Positions 1-9,018 of a stretch of 32,000 nt of DNA are shown piece by piece; the first letter of the stretch is position 1, and each line of letters begins with the position of its first letter. Location of the stretch: assembly GCF_042666455.1 (NCBI RefSeq), contig NZ_JBHTDB010000016.1, positions 582,530 to 614,529 of the forward strand, given 5' to 3'. Under the pieces are notes generated by a model, which was given only the letters and a program-made list of their open reading frames with translations, made no database searches and had not been told where the DNA came from. Position numbers and translations under genes: made by a program. Origin of the DNA: Chelatococcus sp. GCM10030263 (GTDB lineage Bacteria > Pseudomonadota > Alphaproteobacteria > Rhizobiales > Beijerinckiaceae).

Positions 1-513
1 GAGAGCGTGATCTTCGACAGCAGCTCGACCGTGCTCGCCGCCGCCCAGGCCTGCGTCCAGCGTGGCATCGCGCTGACAGCCGTCACCAATGATCTCGGCA
101 TCGGCCAGACGCTCGCCTCCGGCAACACCGTCCGGACCGTCGTCCTGGGCGGGACGGTGCGCGCGGGATCGCTCACCACCCTGGGCGAGCCGGGGCAGAA
201 CTTTCTCGGCGATCTCAATGCGGATGTCGCTTTCATCGGCACGCATGCGATCCACGGGACAAGCCTGACGGAGACATCGCTCGAAGCAGCCGCGATGAAA
301 CGTGCGATGATCGCCGCCGCGCGCCGGGTCGTGCTGCTCGCTGATGCCTCGAAATTCAGGCCGGCCGCCTTCTGCCGGATCTGCGACATCACCGCCATCC
401 ACGAACTGATCACGGACGACCGCGCGGATGCGGCGGAGATCGAGCGACTGCGGGATCTCGGACTGACTGTCACGCTCGTCCCCTCCCCCGCCACGAGCAC
501 GGCGGCGGCGTGA
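1..513 (+). CDS. DeoR-family transcriptional regulator, C-terminal effector-binding (DeoRC) domain; 5' end outside the window
   Basis: Frame-1 ORF open from base 1 to TGA 511-513. DeoRC-like sequence (IFDSSSTVL..., VTND, FIGTHAI, LLADASKF). Stop overlaps the GTG start of the next gene (GTGA). Confidence 0.75.
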   Translation, partial: ESVIFDSSSTVLAAAQACVQRGIALTAVTNDLGIGQTLASGNTVRTVVLGGTVRAGSLTTLGEPGQNFLGDLNADVAFIGTHAIHGTSLTETSLEAAAMKRAMIAAARRVVLLADASKFRPAAFCRICDITAIHELITDDRADAAEIERLRDLGLTVTLVPSPATSTAAA

Positions 514-1607
514 CCATCCTCCGCCTGATCGCCGACGACCTGACCGGCGCCCTCGATAGCGCCGCGCAGTTCACCGGCGTCGCGGGCCCCCTGCCGGTCC
601 TTTTGGAGCCGCCGGCGACCCACCCCGCTGGTTCCTTCGCCCTCGACCTGTCTTGTCGCGACGGCGCGGAAGCCGCCGCCGTCGACGCCGTCCAGGCAAG
701 CGCCTCCTGTTACCGGGGCGCGGATATAGCCTTCAAAAAGATCGACAGCCTGCTCAGAGGCCACTGGGCAGCCGAACTCACGGCGCTCGCCCGCACGCGG
801 CTCTTCCGGCGGATCATTCTGGCGCCCGCCTTCCCCGCGCAAAGGCGCGTAACGCGGGACGGCCGGCAGGCAATCTTAGAGGCGAGCGGTGATGTGACGC
901 CGATTGCGATCGACCCCGTCGCCGCGCTGTCGAAGCGGGGTGTCACGGTCCGGCGCGATGGCGATCGCGCCTCCGTGCCTGATGGCGAGACGGTCGTGCA
1001 TCTTTGCGATGCCTCGACCCAGGCCGATCTCGACGACATCGTGCGCCGGGAAAGCGCAGGGCGCGATCCCGTGCTGTGGTGTGGCGCGGCCGGCCTGGCA
1101 CTGGCGCTGGCGGACAGACCACCGGCAACCGTCACGCCCGAACGGCTTTCCCACCTCGTCATCATCGGCTCGATCCACCCCGTCACGCGCGGCCAGGTCG
1201 AGGCACTCACCGGAGCGCATCCCGCCTGGATCGGCTCGTTCGACGCGGATGGGCGGACGAGCGCGTCTCGTGTCATGACAACAATGGAGCGGCACGGCCG
1301 CTGCGTGGTCGCCGCCGACCTTCCGCCGGGCTTGGCACCGGTGCAGGCAGCGCAACTCTTCGCGTCATGGTTCGCCGACATGGTGCCTCATCTCGCGCGG
1401 CCGGAGGTGCTGACGGTCGTCGGCGGCGAGACATTCGCCGCCTTGTGCCGAAGCCTCGGAGCGCATGCCCTTGCCGTCGAGGGCGAGTGTCAGCCGGGCA
1501 TCCCGGCGTCGCGCATGATGTCCGGCCAATGGTCAGGCGTCAGCTGCTTCTCGAAATCCGGCGCCTTCGGCGAGCCGGACTGGCTCTGCACGCATCTGGG
1601 CCCGTGA
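510..1607 (+). CDS. Four-carbon acid sugar kinase family protein (YgbK/DUF1537; 3-oxo-tetronate-kinase-like)
   Basis: 365-aa ORF with the family-typical N-terminal motif LIADDLTGALDSA and a C-terminal SKSGAFG motif. Translationally coupled to the DeoR gene. Confidence 0.8.
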   Translation: MTILRLIADDLTGALDSAAQFTGVAGPLPVLLEPPATHPAGSFALDLSCRDGAEAAAVDAVQASASCYRGADIAFKKIDSLLRGHWAAELTALARTRLFRRIILAPAFPAQRRVTRDGRQAILEASGDVTPIAIDPVAALSKRGVTVRRDGDRASVPDGETVVHLCDASTQADLDDIVRRESAGRDPVLWCGAAGLALALADRPPATVTPERLSHLVIIGSIHPVTRGQVEALTGAHPAWIGSFDADGRTSASRVMTTMERHGRCVVAADLPPGLAPVQAAQLFASWFADMVPHLARPEVLTVVGGETFAALCRSLGAHALAVEGECQPGIPASRMMSGQWSGVSCFSKSGAFGEPDWLCTHLGP

Positions 1608-1909
1608 CGCCAGCACCGACGTTTGCCGTGTGAGGTTAACGGCCCGAACCACCGCATCGTTCGGACATCATCCTGCAACAAACGCGGCCTAGACGGTGCC
1701 CGCCTTCCCTGGCACGATCAGTGCGGGGGACGAGTGGCCGGAGATCGGAACGTTTTACTGATGGGCCGGACGTCAAAAGATGCGCACCGTCCCATCCGCC
1801 CCACGCAGCCCATAAGCGGCGCTGCCGTCGTGGCCCTCTGTTCTGAGACTTCCCGCCCAAGCTTCGACCAATCTCAGCGATTGTCCATCGCCAGCCAGAG
1901 GGAAATACA

Positions 1910-2734
1910 ATGAGCACCATCACCACAAAGGACGGCACGGAGATCTTCTACAAGGATTGGGGCTCGGGTCAGCCCATCGTCTTCCATCACGGCTGGCCGC
2001 TCAGCGCCGACGACTGGGACAACCAGATGCTGTTCTTCCTGGACAAGGGCTATCGCGTGATCGCCCATGACCGGCGCGGACACGGCCGTTCGTCGCAAAC
2101 ACCGACGGGCCACGAGATGGACACCTATGCGGCGGATGTCGCCGAGCTCGCCGCGGCGCTCGACCTGCGCGACGCCATCCATGTCGGGCATTCCACCGGC
2201 GGCGGCGAGGTCGCACGTTATGTGGCGAGATACGGCAAGGGCCGGGTTGCGAAGGCCGTGCTGATCGGCGCGGTGCCGCCGATCATGGTCAAATCCGAGA
2301 AGAACCCTGGCGGACTGCCGCTCGAGGTCTTCGACGGCTTCCGGGCGGCGCAGGCCGCTAACCGGGCGCAGTTTTTCCTCGATGTCGCGAGCGGCCCCTT
2401 CTACGGCTTCAACCGACCGGACGCCAAGGCGGCGCAGGGCGTCATCTGGAACTGGTGGCGTCAGGGCATGATGGGCAGCACCAAGGCGCATTACGATTGC
2501 ATCAAGGCCTTCTCCGAAACCGACTTCACCGAGGATCTGAAGGCGATCGACGTACCAGTCCTGATCATGCATGGCGATGACGACCAGATTGTCCCGATCG
2601 CCGACTCGGCCCTGCTGTCGTCCAAGCTCGTCAGGAACGGCACCCTCAAGGTCTATAAGGGCTTGCCCCACGGCATGTGCACGACGCACCCGGAGATCGT
2701 CAATCCGGATTTGCTCGCCTTCATCCAAGGCTAG
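1910..2734 (+). CDS. Alpha/beta hydrolase, non-haem haloperoxidase / arylesterase family
   Basis: 274 aa. Near full-length resemblance to cofactor-free chloroperoxidases ([24 protein letters not shown]..., nucleophile elbow [19 protein letters not shown]). SD-like AGAGGGA upstream of the ATG. Confidence 0.9.
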   Translation: MSTITTKDGTEIFYKDWGSGQPIVFHHGWPLSADDWDNQMLFFLDKGYRVIAHDRRGHGRSSQTPTGHEMDTYAADVAELAAALDLRDAIHVGHSTGGGEVARYVARYGKGRVAKAVLIGAVPPIMVKSEKNPGGLPLEVFDGFRAAQAANRAQFFLDVASGPFYGFNRPDAKAAQGVIWNWWRQGMMGSTKAHYDCIKAFSETDFTEDLKAIDVPVLIMHGDDDQIVPIADSALLSSKLVRNGTLKVYKGLPHGMCTTHPEIVNPDLLAFIQG

Positions 2735-2742
2735 CGCCGGCC

Positions 2743-2774
2743 GGGCGGATGGCGGCCGAGCGTACCATCCGCCC
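2743..2774. terminator. Perfect 10-bp GC-rich hairpin between convergent genes (possible bidirectional terminator)
   Basis: GGGCGGATGG (2743-2752), 12-nt loop, CCATCCGCCC (2765-2774). No U-tract on either strand. Confidence 0.35.
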
Positions 2775-2797
2775 CTTCGCCGCCGACGGCCAGGAGA

Positions 2798-4102
2798 TCA
2801 CACCGTCACCGATTGGGCCGCATGTCCGGCGGTGCCGAAGACCCTCAGGTAGCGTTCGATCTCGGCCGGTTCGCCGCTTGCCTTGTTCGGATTGTCGGAG
2901 AGCTTCACGGCCGGACGGCCATTGGCACGGCTCACCTTGCATACGATCGAGATCGGGTCGAGGCCGTCGAGCGGCTCCGGGGCGCAGCCCCGGAAGTCGT
3001 TAGTCAGATTGGTGCCCCAGCCGAAGCTCATGCGTACCCGCCCGTCGAAATGACGAAAGGTCGCTTCGATGGAATCGACGTCCATGGCGTCGGAGAAGAC
3101 CAGAAGCTTTTCGCACGGATCCCGGCCCTTGGACTGCCACCAGCGGATGATCGCCTCGCCCGCCTCGATCGGCGGCGCCGAATCCGGCCGGAAGCCCGTC
3201 CAGTTCGCCACCCAATCCGGTGCATTGCGCAAAAAGGCGGCGGTGCCGAAAGTGTCCGGCAGCACGATCAGCAGATTGCCGCCGTAGAGCTTTTCCCAAT
3301 CCTGCAGCACGCGGTAGGGCGCCTCGCTGAGGGCTGCATCGTCCTCGGCAAGGGCCGCGGCCACCATCGGCAGTTCATGGGCATTGGTGCCGATCGCCTC
3401 GAGATCGTTGTCCATGGCGAGCAGGACGTTGCTCGACCCGATGAATGCCGGGCCAAGCCCTTCCTTCAGCGCCTCCACGCACCATCGCTGCCACAGGAAT
3501 CCGTGCCGCCGGCGGGTGCCGAAATCGCTGATCTTCAGGCCCTCCAGCTGACGCAGCTGCTCCACCTTGTTCCACAGCTTCGCCTTGGCGCGGGCATAGA
3601 GCACATCGAGGGTGAAGCGCCCCATGCGCCGCATGGCGGCACGCGCCCTGAGCTCGTTGACGATGGCGAGCGCCGGGATTTCCCACATCATGGTGTGGGT
3701 CCAGGGACCGTCGAAGGTCAGTTCGAACTGGCCGTCGACCCGCCGCAAGTCGTAGTCCGGCAGGCGGAATTCCGCGAGCCACGCCAGGAAGTCGGGATCG
3801 AAAATCTGGGCGCGGCCATAAAAGGAATTGCCGGCGAGCCAGATCATCTCCTTTTTCGAGAGGCGAAGCGTGCGCGCGTGGTCGAGCTGGTCGCGCAGCT
3901 CGGCCTCCTCGATCTCCTCGGCAATCCGCACGCGCTTCGTGCGATTGATGAGAGAGAAGGTCGCGTTCACGTCCCGGTGGAGGCTCCAGATCATCTGGAG
4001 CATCAGAAGCTTGTAGAAATCGGTATCGAGCAGGCTGCGGATGATCGGGTCGAGCTTCCACGTGTGGTCGTAGACCCGTTTGGCAATGTCAGTCGTCGCC
4101 AT
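2798..4102 (-). CDS. pncB: Nicotinate phosphoribosyltransferase
   Basis: 434 aa. N-terminus ...[19 protein letters not shown]... and overall length match PncB. ATG at 4102. Confidence 0.95.
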   Translation of the reverse strand: MATTDIAKRVYDHTWKLDPIIRSLLDTDFYKLLMLQMIWSLHRDVNATFSLINRTKRVRIAEEIEEAELRDQLDHARTLRLSKKEMIWLAGNSFYGRAQIFDPDFLAWLAEFRLPDYDLRRVDGQFELTFDGPWTHTMMWEIPALAIVNELRARAAMRRMGRFTLDVLYARAKAKLWNKVEQLRQLEGLKISDFGTRRRHGFLWQRWCVEALKEGLGPAFIGSSNVLLAMDNDLEAIGTNAHELPMVAAALAEDDAALSEAPYRVLQDWEKLYGGNLLIVLPDTFGTAAFLRNAPDWVANWTGFRPDSAPPIEAGEAIIRWWQSKGRDPCEKLLVFSDAMDVDSIEATFRHFDGRVRMSFGWGTNLTNDFRGCAPEPLDGLDPISIVCKVSRANGRPAVKLSDNPNKASGEPAEIERYLRVFGTAGHAAQSVTV

Positions 4103-4233
4103 GATGCAGCCTGCCCGAAGTTTCGCCGGTAGCTTGACGATTGTCGCGGAGTTCCAGCGTGTTTAACAGGCCTTGACGATCCAATCTTCCTTCGGTGCGC
4201 AAATACAGCGGCAGCGGGTCCGTCTCTGACCAG

Positions 4234-4869
4234 CTAAAGCCGCGCCTGAATCTTCCGGGCGATCTCGAAGGCGCGCTGCTCCAGGATGGTCGGCGTTTCG
4301 CAGACATAGCGCAGGGATTGGCGGCGCTCGGTGAAGATGCGCGTGTCCCATTTGAGGCGCGTCTCCAGATCCTGCGACTCCTTCGTCTCCGGAGCGGTCG
4401 GCGTGTCCTTCACCTTGCTGAGCTCGTCGCTTTCCTCACGGATGCGCTCGGCGAAGCGCTGCTGGCCGCGGGCGTAACGGGTGATGCCGTCGAGGATGCG
4501 GCTGCGCTGGTCGTTGATGACTTCGAGCACCCCCGCGAAGACGCGGGTGAGCCGCGCATCCTTGTCGGGGCCGAGCGTCTTGACGAAATCGTCGAGGAGG
4601 GCATCGACCTCCGACAGCTGCGTGCGGCGCGAGGCAAGCGTCTGGGCGAGCGCGGCAGCCTGGTTGTCCTTCGTCCAGTCGCCGGCCTCCTCGAGCGACG
4701 GCCCGGACCAGACGGCGCCTGCGCTGATGGTCGGCACCTTGCGCTGCGCGCAGGGCCAATCGGGATCCGTATTGGGCCGGCCGGTTTGCGCAGCCGCTGC
4801 GAGCGGCACGAGGGCCACCAGCGCGGCCCCGGTCAGAGTGGCGGCCAGTGTCCTCAGGGCGTGACGCAT
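4234..4869 (-). CDS. Exported protein of unknown function, last gene of the PQQ-associated ABC operon
   Basis: 211 aa with a signal peptide (…ALVALVPLAAAAQ). The mature part is mostly charged and helical with two Cys (WPCAQ, YVCET). Its ATG shares one base with the TGA of the upstream permease (TGATG). Confidence 0.7.
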   Translation of the reverse strand: MRHALRTLAATLTGAALVALVPLAAAAQTGRPNTDPDWPCAQRKVPTISAGAVWSGPSLEEAGDWTKDNQAAALAQTLASRRTQLSEVDALLDDFVKTLGPDKDARLTRVFAGVLEVINDQRSRILDGITRYARGQQRFAERIREESDELSKVKDTPTAPETKESQDLETRLKWDTRIFTERRQSLRYVCETPTILEQRAFEIARKIQARL

Positions 4870-5729
4870 CAGGCTTGTTCTCCCTTGGGGCCTCCGCGCC
4901 GCGCCATGATGCCCCGGCCGGGGTCATAGGCGAGCACGGATGCGACGAAAAATACGATCAAGGTCCCGGTCACGACGGCGAAGGACACGGGATTGAACGA
5001 GAGATAGAGCGCAAAGCGCACCAATTCGATGGCATGGGTGAAGGGATTGGCCAGGCAGATGATGTAGAGGAGTTCGCTCGCCTCACGAATGCGCCAGAGC
5101 GGATAAAGCGCCGAGGAGGCGAAGAACATGGGAAAGATCACGAAATTCATTACGCTGGCGAAATTTTCGAGCTGGCGCACGAAGGACGACAGGAAGAGGC
5201 CGATCGCCCCGAGCATCAGCCCTGAAAGAATGAAGGCCGGCAGGGCCGCCACATAGCCCCACAGCGGGATGTCGACCTCCCAGAAATAGGCGATGGCGAG
5301 AAAGGCATAAGCCTGCAACAGCGACACCACCACGCCGGCGGTCAACTTCGAGAACAGCAGAAACCAGCGCGGAAACGGGCTCGTCAGCAGCACCCGCATG
5401 GAACCGACCTCGCGGTCATAGACCATGGACAGCGAGGACTGCATCCCGTTGAAGAGCTGCACCATCACCGCCAGCCCCGGCGTGACATAGACCTCGTAGA
5501 GCACATAGGTCTGGTAGGGCGGGATGATGGAGACGCCGAGCACGTTGCGGAAGCCGGCGGCAAAGATGAACAGCCAGATCAACGGCCTGACGAGCGCAGA
5601 AAGGAAGCGCTCGCGCTGATTGACGAAGCGCAGGAGCTCGCGCCGGACGATGCCGGCAAGACAAGTCCAATAGCCGGCGGGGCCGAGATGGCGCCGTCCT
5701 TCGGCGGGAACGATCGCGGGAGCGGACAT
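4869..5729 (-). CDS. ABC-2 type transporter permease (PedC-like)
   Basis: 286 aa with multiple hydrophobic spans typical of ABC-2 permeases. Start overlaps the ATPase stop by 1 nt. Confidence 0.85.
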   Translation of the reverse strand: MSAPAIVPAEGRRHLGPAGYWTCLAGIVRRELLRFVNQRERFLSALVRPLIWLFIFAAGFRNVLGVSIIPPYQTYVLYEVYVTPGLAVMVQLFNGMQSSLSMVYDREVGSMRVLLTSPFPRWFLLFSKLTAGVVVSLLQAYAFLAIAYFWEVDIPLWGYVAALPAFILSGLMLGAIGLFLSSFVRQLENFASVMNFVIFPMFFASSALYPLWRIREASELLYIICLANPFTHAIELVRFALYLSFNPVSFAVVTGTLIVFFVASVLAYDPGRGIMARRGGPKGEQA

Positions 5730-6484
5730 CAGACGGCCTCCGGTGCCTCAGAGGCATCCGTGAGCGCGCGGAAGGCCTGCTGCAGGGAGGTCTCGCCCCC
5801 AATGTCACGCGCCGCACCTTGCGCGACGATCTCGCCCCTGTGCAGCACATAGACGAGATCGTCCGGCTCGACCTCGTCGAAGATATGGGTCGCCCATAGG
5901 ACGGAGAGGCCCTGCGTCCGCACGAGATCGCGCACGATGGACAGAATGGAGGCGCGCGAGGCGAGGTCGAGCCCGACGGTCGCTTCGTCGAGCAACAGCA
6001 GTCGCGGGTCATGGATGAGGGCGCGGGCGATCTCGACGCGGCGCGCCTGGCCACCGGAGAGGTTGCGCACCTTCTCGTCGATGCGCTCGGCAAGCCCGAC
6101 GCGTCCCAGGAGCTCGGCGATGCGCGCCTTGACCGCCCTCCCCCGCAGGCCGTGAAGGGAGGCGTGGTAGGAAAGATTTTGCCGCAGCGTCAGGTCCGGG
6201 TCGAGGGTGCGGCTCTGGAAGACCACGCCGAGTTCGGCGAGCGCCTCGGACGGCGCCTGGCGGAGATCGCGCCCGAAGACATGGATCTCGCCGCTGCGAT
6301 TATTGTAGAGGCGGGTGACCACGGAAAAGAGCGTCGTCTTGCCCGCGCCATTCGGGCCGAGCAGCGCAACGAAACGGCCCCGCGGCACGGCGAGCGAAAC
6401 ATCGCGTAAAGCCTCGCGCCTGCCGAAGCGATGGCCGACGCCGCTCACGTCAAGCGCGGCATCACCCATGATGGTGCCGTGCAT
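5729..6484 (-). CDS. ABC transporter ATP-binding protein (PQQ-dehydrogenase-associated type)
   Basis: Walker A GPNGAGKTT, signature LSGGQARR, Walker B LLLLDEAT. I prefer the ATG at 6484 (GGGAGG 5 nt upstream) over the GTG at 6487 used in the track. Confidence 0.9.
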   Translation of the reverse strand: MHGTIMGDAALDVSGVGHRFGRREALRDVSLAVPRGRFVALLGPNGAGKTTLFSVVTRLYNNRSGEIHVFGRDLRQAPSEALAELGVVFQSRTLDPDLTLRQNLSYHASLHGLRGRAVKARIAELLGRVGLAERIDEKVRNLSGGQARRVEIARALIHDPRLLLLDEATVGLDLASRASILSIVRDLVRTQGLSVLWATHIFDEVEPDDLVYVLHRGEIVAQGAARDIGGETSLQQAFRALTDASEAPEAV

Positions 6485-6520
6485 CACGGCCTCCCGAATG
6501 GCAACTCGCTGCCGCTGCGA

Positions 6521-7510
6521 TCATTTCGGCGAGACGACCACTCCCCAGGGATAACGCCCGACGGGAATCGACTTGACCACCTTCAGGTCGGGCACGTCGA
6601 TCACTGATACGTCTCCCGAGACGCCATTGGTGGTGAGCAGGAGCTTCTCATCCGGCGTGAAGGCGACATGCCAGACCCGTTGCCCGACGAGCAGATATTT
6701 TTCGACCTCGTAGGTGTTGGCGTCAATCACCGCGATCCGGTTGGCCGGTCCGAGCGCCACGAAGGCCTTCGTGCCGTCCTTGGTCAGCGCCATGCCGACC
6801 GGCTGGATCGCCTCCTGCTCGACGCCGGGGATCTTGAACTCGATCGTCTTCAGGATCTCGCGCGTCGCCGGATCGATGACCGTGACGGTGCCCCCCACTT
6901 CGGCACTGACCCAGAGCTTCTTGCCGTCCGAGGAGAAGACGGCATAGCGCGGCCGCGAATCGACGAGCACGCTGTCGATCACCTGGTAGGTGCTCGTGTC
7001 GATGAAATGGGCCATGTTGGTCGTCTCGGAGGTATTGACCAGGACTTTACCGTCCGGGCTAATCCCCATGCCCTCCGGCTCCACGCCCACCGGGACCTGA
7101 GTGAGGATCTCGTTCTTCTCGATGTCGAGGACGGTGACCTGATTGTCGTTCTCGTTGGCGATATAGAGCGGATTGCCCGAGGGATTGAGCACGAAGAGCT
7201 CGGGATCGGCGCCGGAGTTCAAGGTGCGCACCACTTTCAGGGTAGCGGTGTCGAGCACGGCGATGGCATCGTCGTCGCTGATGCAGACATAGACGAATTT
7301 ACCGTCCGGGCTGATGGTGATGCCACGCGGCCGACGGCCGATATCGATGGTCTCCTTGACCGTCATGGTATCGGTATCGAGGACGCTGACGGTGTTCCCC
7401 TCCTCGTTCGAGACATAGGCCGTGAAGGCGAAGGCCGAGGAAGCCATGGCCGAGAAGGTTATGGCCGAGGTCACGACGACCGCCGATGTGATCACGATGG
7501 CGCGCAGCAT
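6521..7510 (-). CDS. Periplasmic YVTN-family beta-propeller repeat protein (PQQ-dependent catabolism-associated type)
   Basis: 329 aa with a signal peptide. Repeated blades marked by VSVLDTDT / IAVLDTAT / VTVLDIEK / VTVIDPAT / IAVIDANT / VSVIDVPD. GGGAGGAG upstream. Confidence 0.85.
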   Translation of the reverse strand: MLRAIVITSAVVVTSAITFSAMASSAFAFTAYVSNEEGNTVSVLDTDTMTVKETIDIGRRPRGITISPDGKFVYVCISDDDAIAVLDTATLKVVRTLNSGADPELFVLNPSGNPLYIANENDNQVTVLDIEKNEILTQVPVGVEPEGMGISPDGKVLVNTSETTNMAHFIDTSTYQVIDSVLVDSRPRYAVFSSDGKKLWVSAEVGGTVTVIDPATREILKTIEFKIPGVEQEAIQPVGMALTKDGTKAFVALGPANRIAVIDANTYEVEKYLLVGQRVWHVAFTPDEKLLLTTNGVSGDVSVIDVPDLKVVKSIPVGRYPWGVVVSPK

Positions 7511-7543
7511 GTGAGCTTGTTCTCCTCCCGTTCGTTCAGACCG

Positions 7544-8764
7544 TTATTGCAGACGACAAGCCGATTCCGGCTCGTCCGTGCCGAGCGAATCGAGCGGTGA
7601 GCGCTGGTGCAGGAACTGTGTCTGCGGCGATACCGAAACGAGCAGCATCGGCTGAGCGAGCAGAAGCGGCTGCCGAAGCTGGTGATCCCAGGTGCGAAAG
7701 CTCAAGGGCACGCCCTTGAACGCCGCGAGCTCGAAGTCCGGCGAGGTCAGAAAGCGCGCAACGGCCGCTGGATCGGCCCCCTTCGTCCGCGTCACCGCCT
7801 CACCGATAGCGCGCACGGCCGTCCAGGCCTGGTAATCCAGCGGGCGCATGTAACGCTTGGCGGCGCGCAGGAAGCGGCTCTGCAGCTGGGCGGCACCCCA
7901 GGCGTCCTGCGCCCGGTGCCAGGAGGCGGCGATGAGCCCCTGCGTGCCTGCGACGAGCTTCGGATCCCAGGTGTGGTAGGGGATGTAATCGCCGAAATCG
8001 CCCTCTTCGTCGGCGACGATCATGATGTCGTAGTCGGTTCCGCGGGTGAAGACGAGCGCTTCCGCCTGTATGGGACTGTCCGCCCGCGCGCGCGCCAGCG
8101 GCCCGAATTCCCACGGCTTCTCCGCCACGATCTTGAGCCCGAATTTATGGGCCGAGCGTTTCAGCGCCTCGGCATAAAGCTTGTCACCCGGTGCAGGCCC
8201 GGTGATGAGGAAGAGCCGGCTCCAGCGCTTGACGGCGAGATATTGCACGAGCGCATCGGTCAGCATCGCGCGGCTGGGGGCGACATGATAGACATTGGCC
8301 CGGCAGTCGGCGCCGCGCAGGCTGTCGTCCGTGGCGCCCGCGTTGAAGACGACCACATCGCGACCCTTGAGGGCATCGGCGACGGCGACGAGATCGTTCG
8401 CCGGCAAGGTAACGACGAGGAAGCGCACGCCGGCATCGGCGAGCTTGACGGCGGCATCTGCCGCCGATTGATCTTTCTCGAGGACAACTTCGGACAGCTT
8501 GTAGTTCTGACGAAGGAACCGCCCGGTGGTGGCATTGTCCGTCAGGCCGACGCGCGCCCCGGCAAGGCCTTCGTCCTGCGGCAGAGGATCCACCACATAG
8601 GGCAGCGGCGGCGGCAGCTTGCGCATCATGAAGCCGATCTGCACATCGACGTCGCCGGCGGCCTGCGCGTTCGCCGGAACTGGCAGCCAAAGGGCCGTCA
8701 CGAGAGCGAGCAGCCCCGCGAATGCCGCAAATATACGGCCCGCGAGCAGGATGCGAATGGTCAT
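7544..8764 (-). CDS. Periplasmic substrate-binding protein of the ABC system (type I, Leu/Ile/Val-binding-protein fold)
   Basis: 406 aa with a signal peptide ending ...PANAQA. First gene of the minus-strand operon SBP / propeller / ATPase / permease / exported protein. Confidence 0.8.
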   Translation of the reverse strand: MTIRILLAGRIFAAFAGLLALVTALWLPVPANAQAAGDVDVQIGFMMRKLPPPLPYVVDPLPQDEGLAGARVGLTDNATTGRFLRQNYKLSEVVLEKDQSAADAAVKLADAGVRFLVVTLPANDLVAVADALKGRDVVVFNAGATDDSLRGADCRANVYHVAPSRAMLTDALVQYLAVKRWSRLFLITGPAPGDKLYAEALKRSAHKFGLKIVAEKPWEFGPLARARADSPIQAEALVFTRGTDYDIMIVADEEGDFGDYIPYHTWDPKLVAGTQGLIAASWHRAQDAWGAAQLQSRFLRAAKRYMRPLDYQAWTAVRAIGEAVTRTKGADPAAVARFLTSPDFELAAFKGVPLSFRTWDHQLRQPLLLAQPMLLVSVSPQTQFLHQRSPLDSLGTDEPESACRLQ

Positions 8765-9018
8765 GGCGATGACGTTTCCTCCACCCTGAGACTAGCAGGT
8801 CGATCCCCAGGCAAGCAACGGAATAAGCCTAAGGGATTCCTAAGCTCATCGCGCCTTGCCAGGCCCGCATCATCTATGCCAGCTTCCCGATCGACATTGG
8901 ATTTATGCGGTTCTTCTTATAACGATCGCGAGATCGAATCGGCCCTTGACCAGCTACCCTGACGGTGGCACCGCAAGCGGGCATACACTGAATTTCGCCT
9001 CATGGAGATCAACGCCGA

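Noticed and set aside
1608-1909. 300-bp gap with two roughly 100-aa ORFs (1623-1913 +, 1636-1938 -). I checked it for tRNA, riboswitch or small-gene signals.
   Set aside because: The ORF products are not protein-like and have no SD. I see no cloverleaf or known riboswitch core, only a weak hairpin (CCGAAC-N9-GTTCGG at about 1644-1664). I leave it as unassigned intergenic/promoter DNA.
2813-4132. 439-aa plus-strand ORF.
   Set aside because: Antisense to pncB, which is unambiguous.
7607-8962. 451-aa plus-strand ORF. Also 6668-7600 (+), 12907-14301 (+), 15775-16794 (+), 16960-18309 (+), 18038-19027 (+), 19848-20735 (+), 24133-25107 (-), 27875-28738 (-) and 30750-31502 (-).
   Set aside because: All lie antisense to genes with clear family identity and coupled operon structure. 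Their translations are low-complexity R/G/A/D/H-rich. I treat them as high-GC shadow ORFs.
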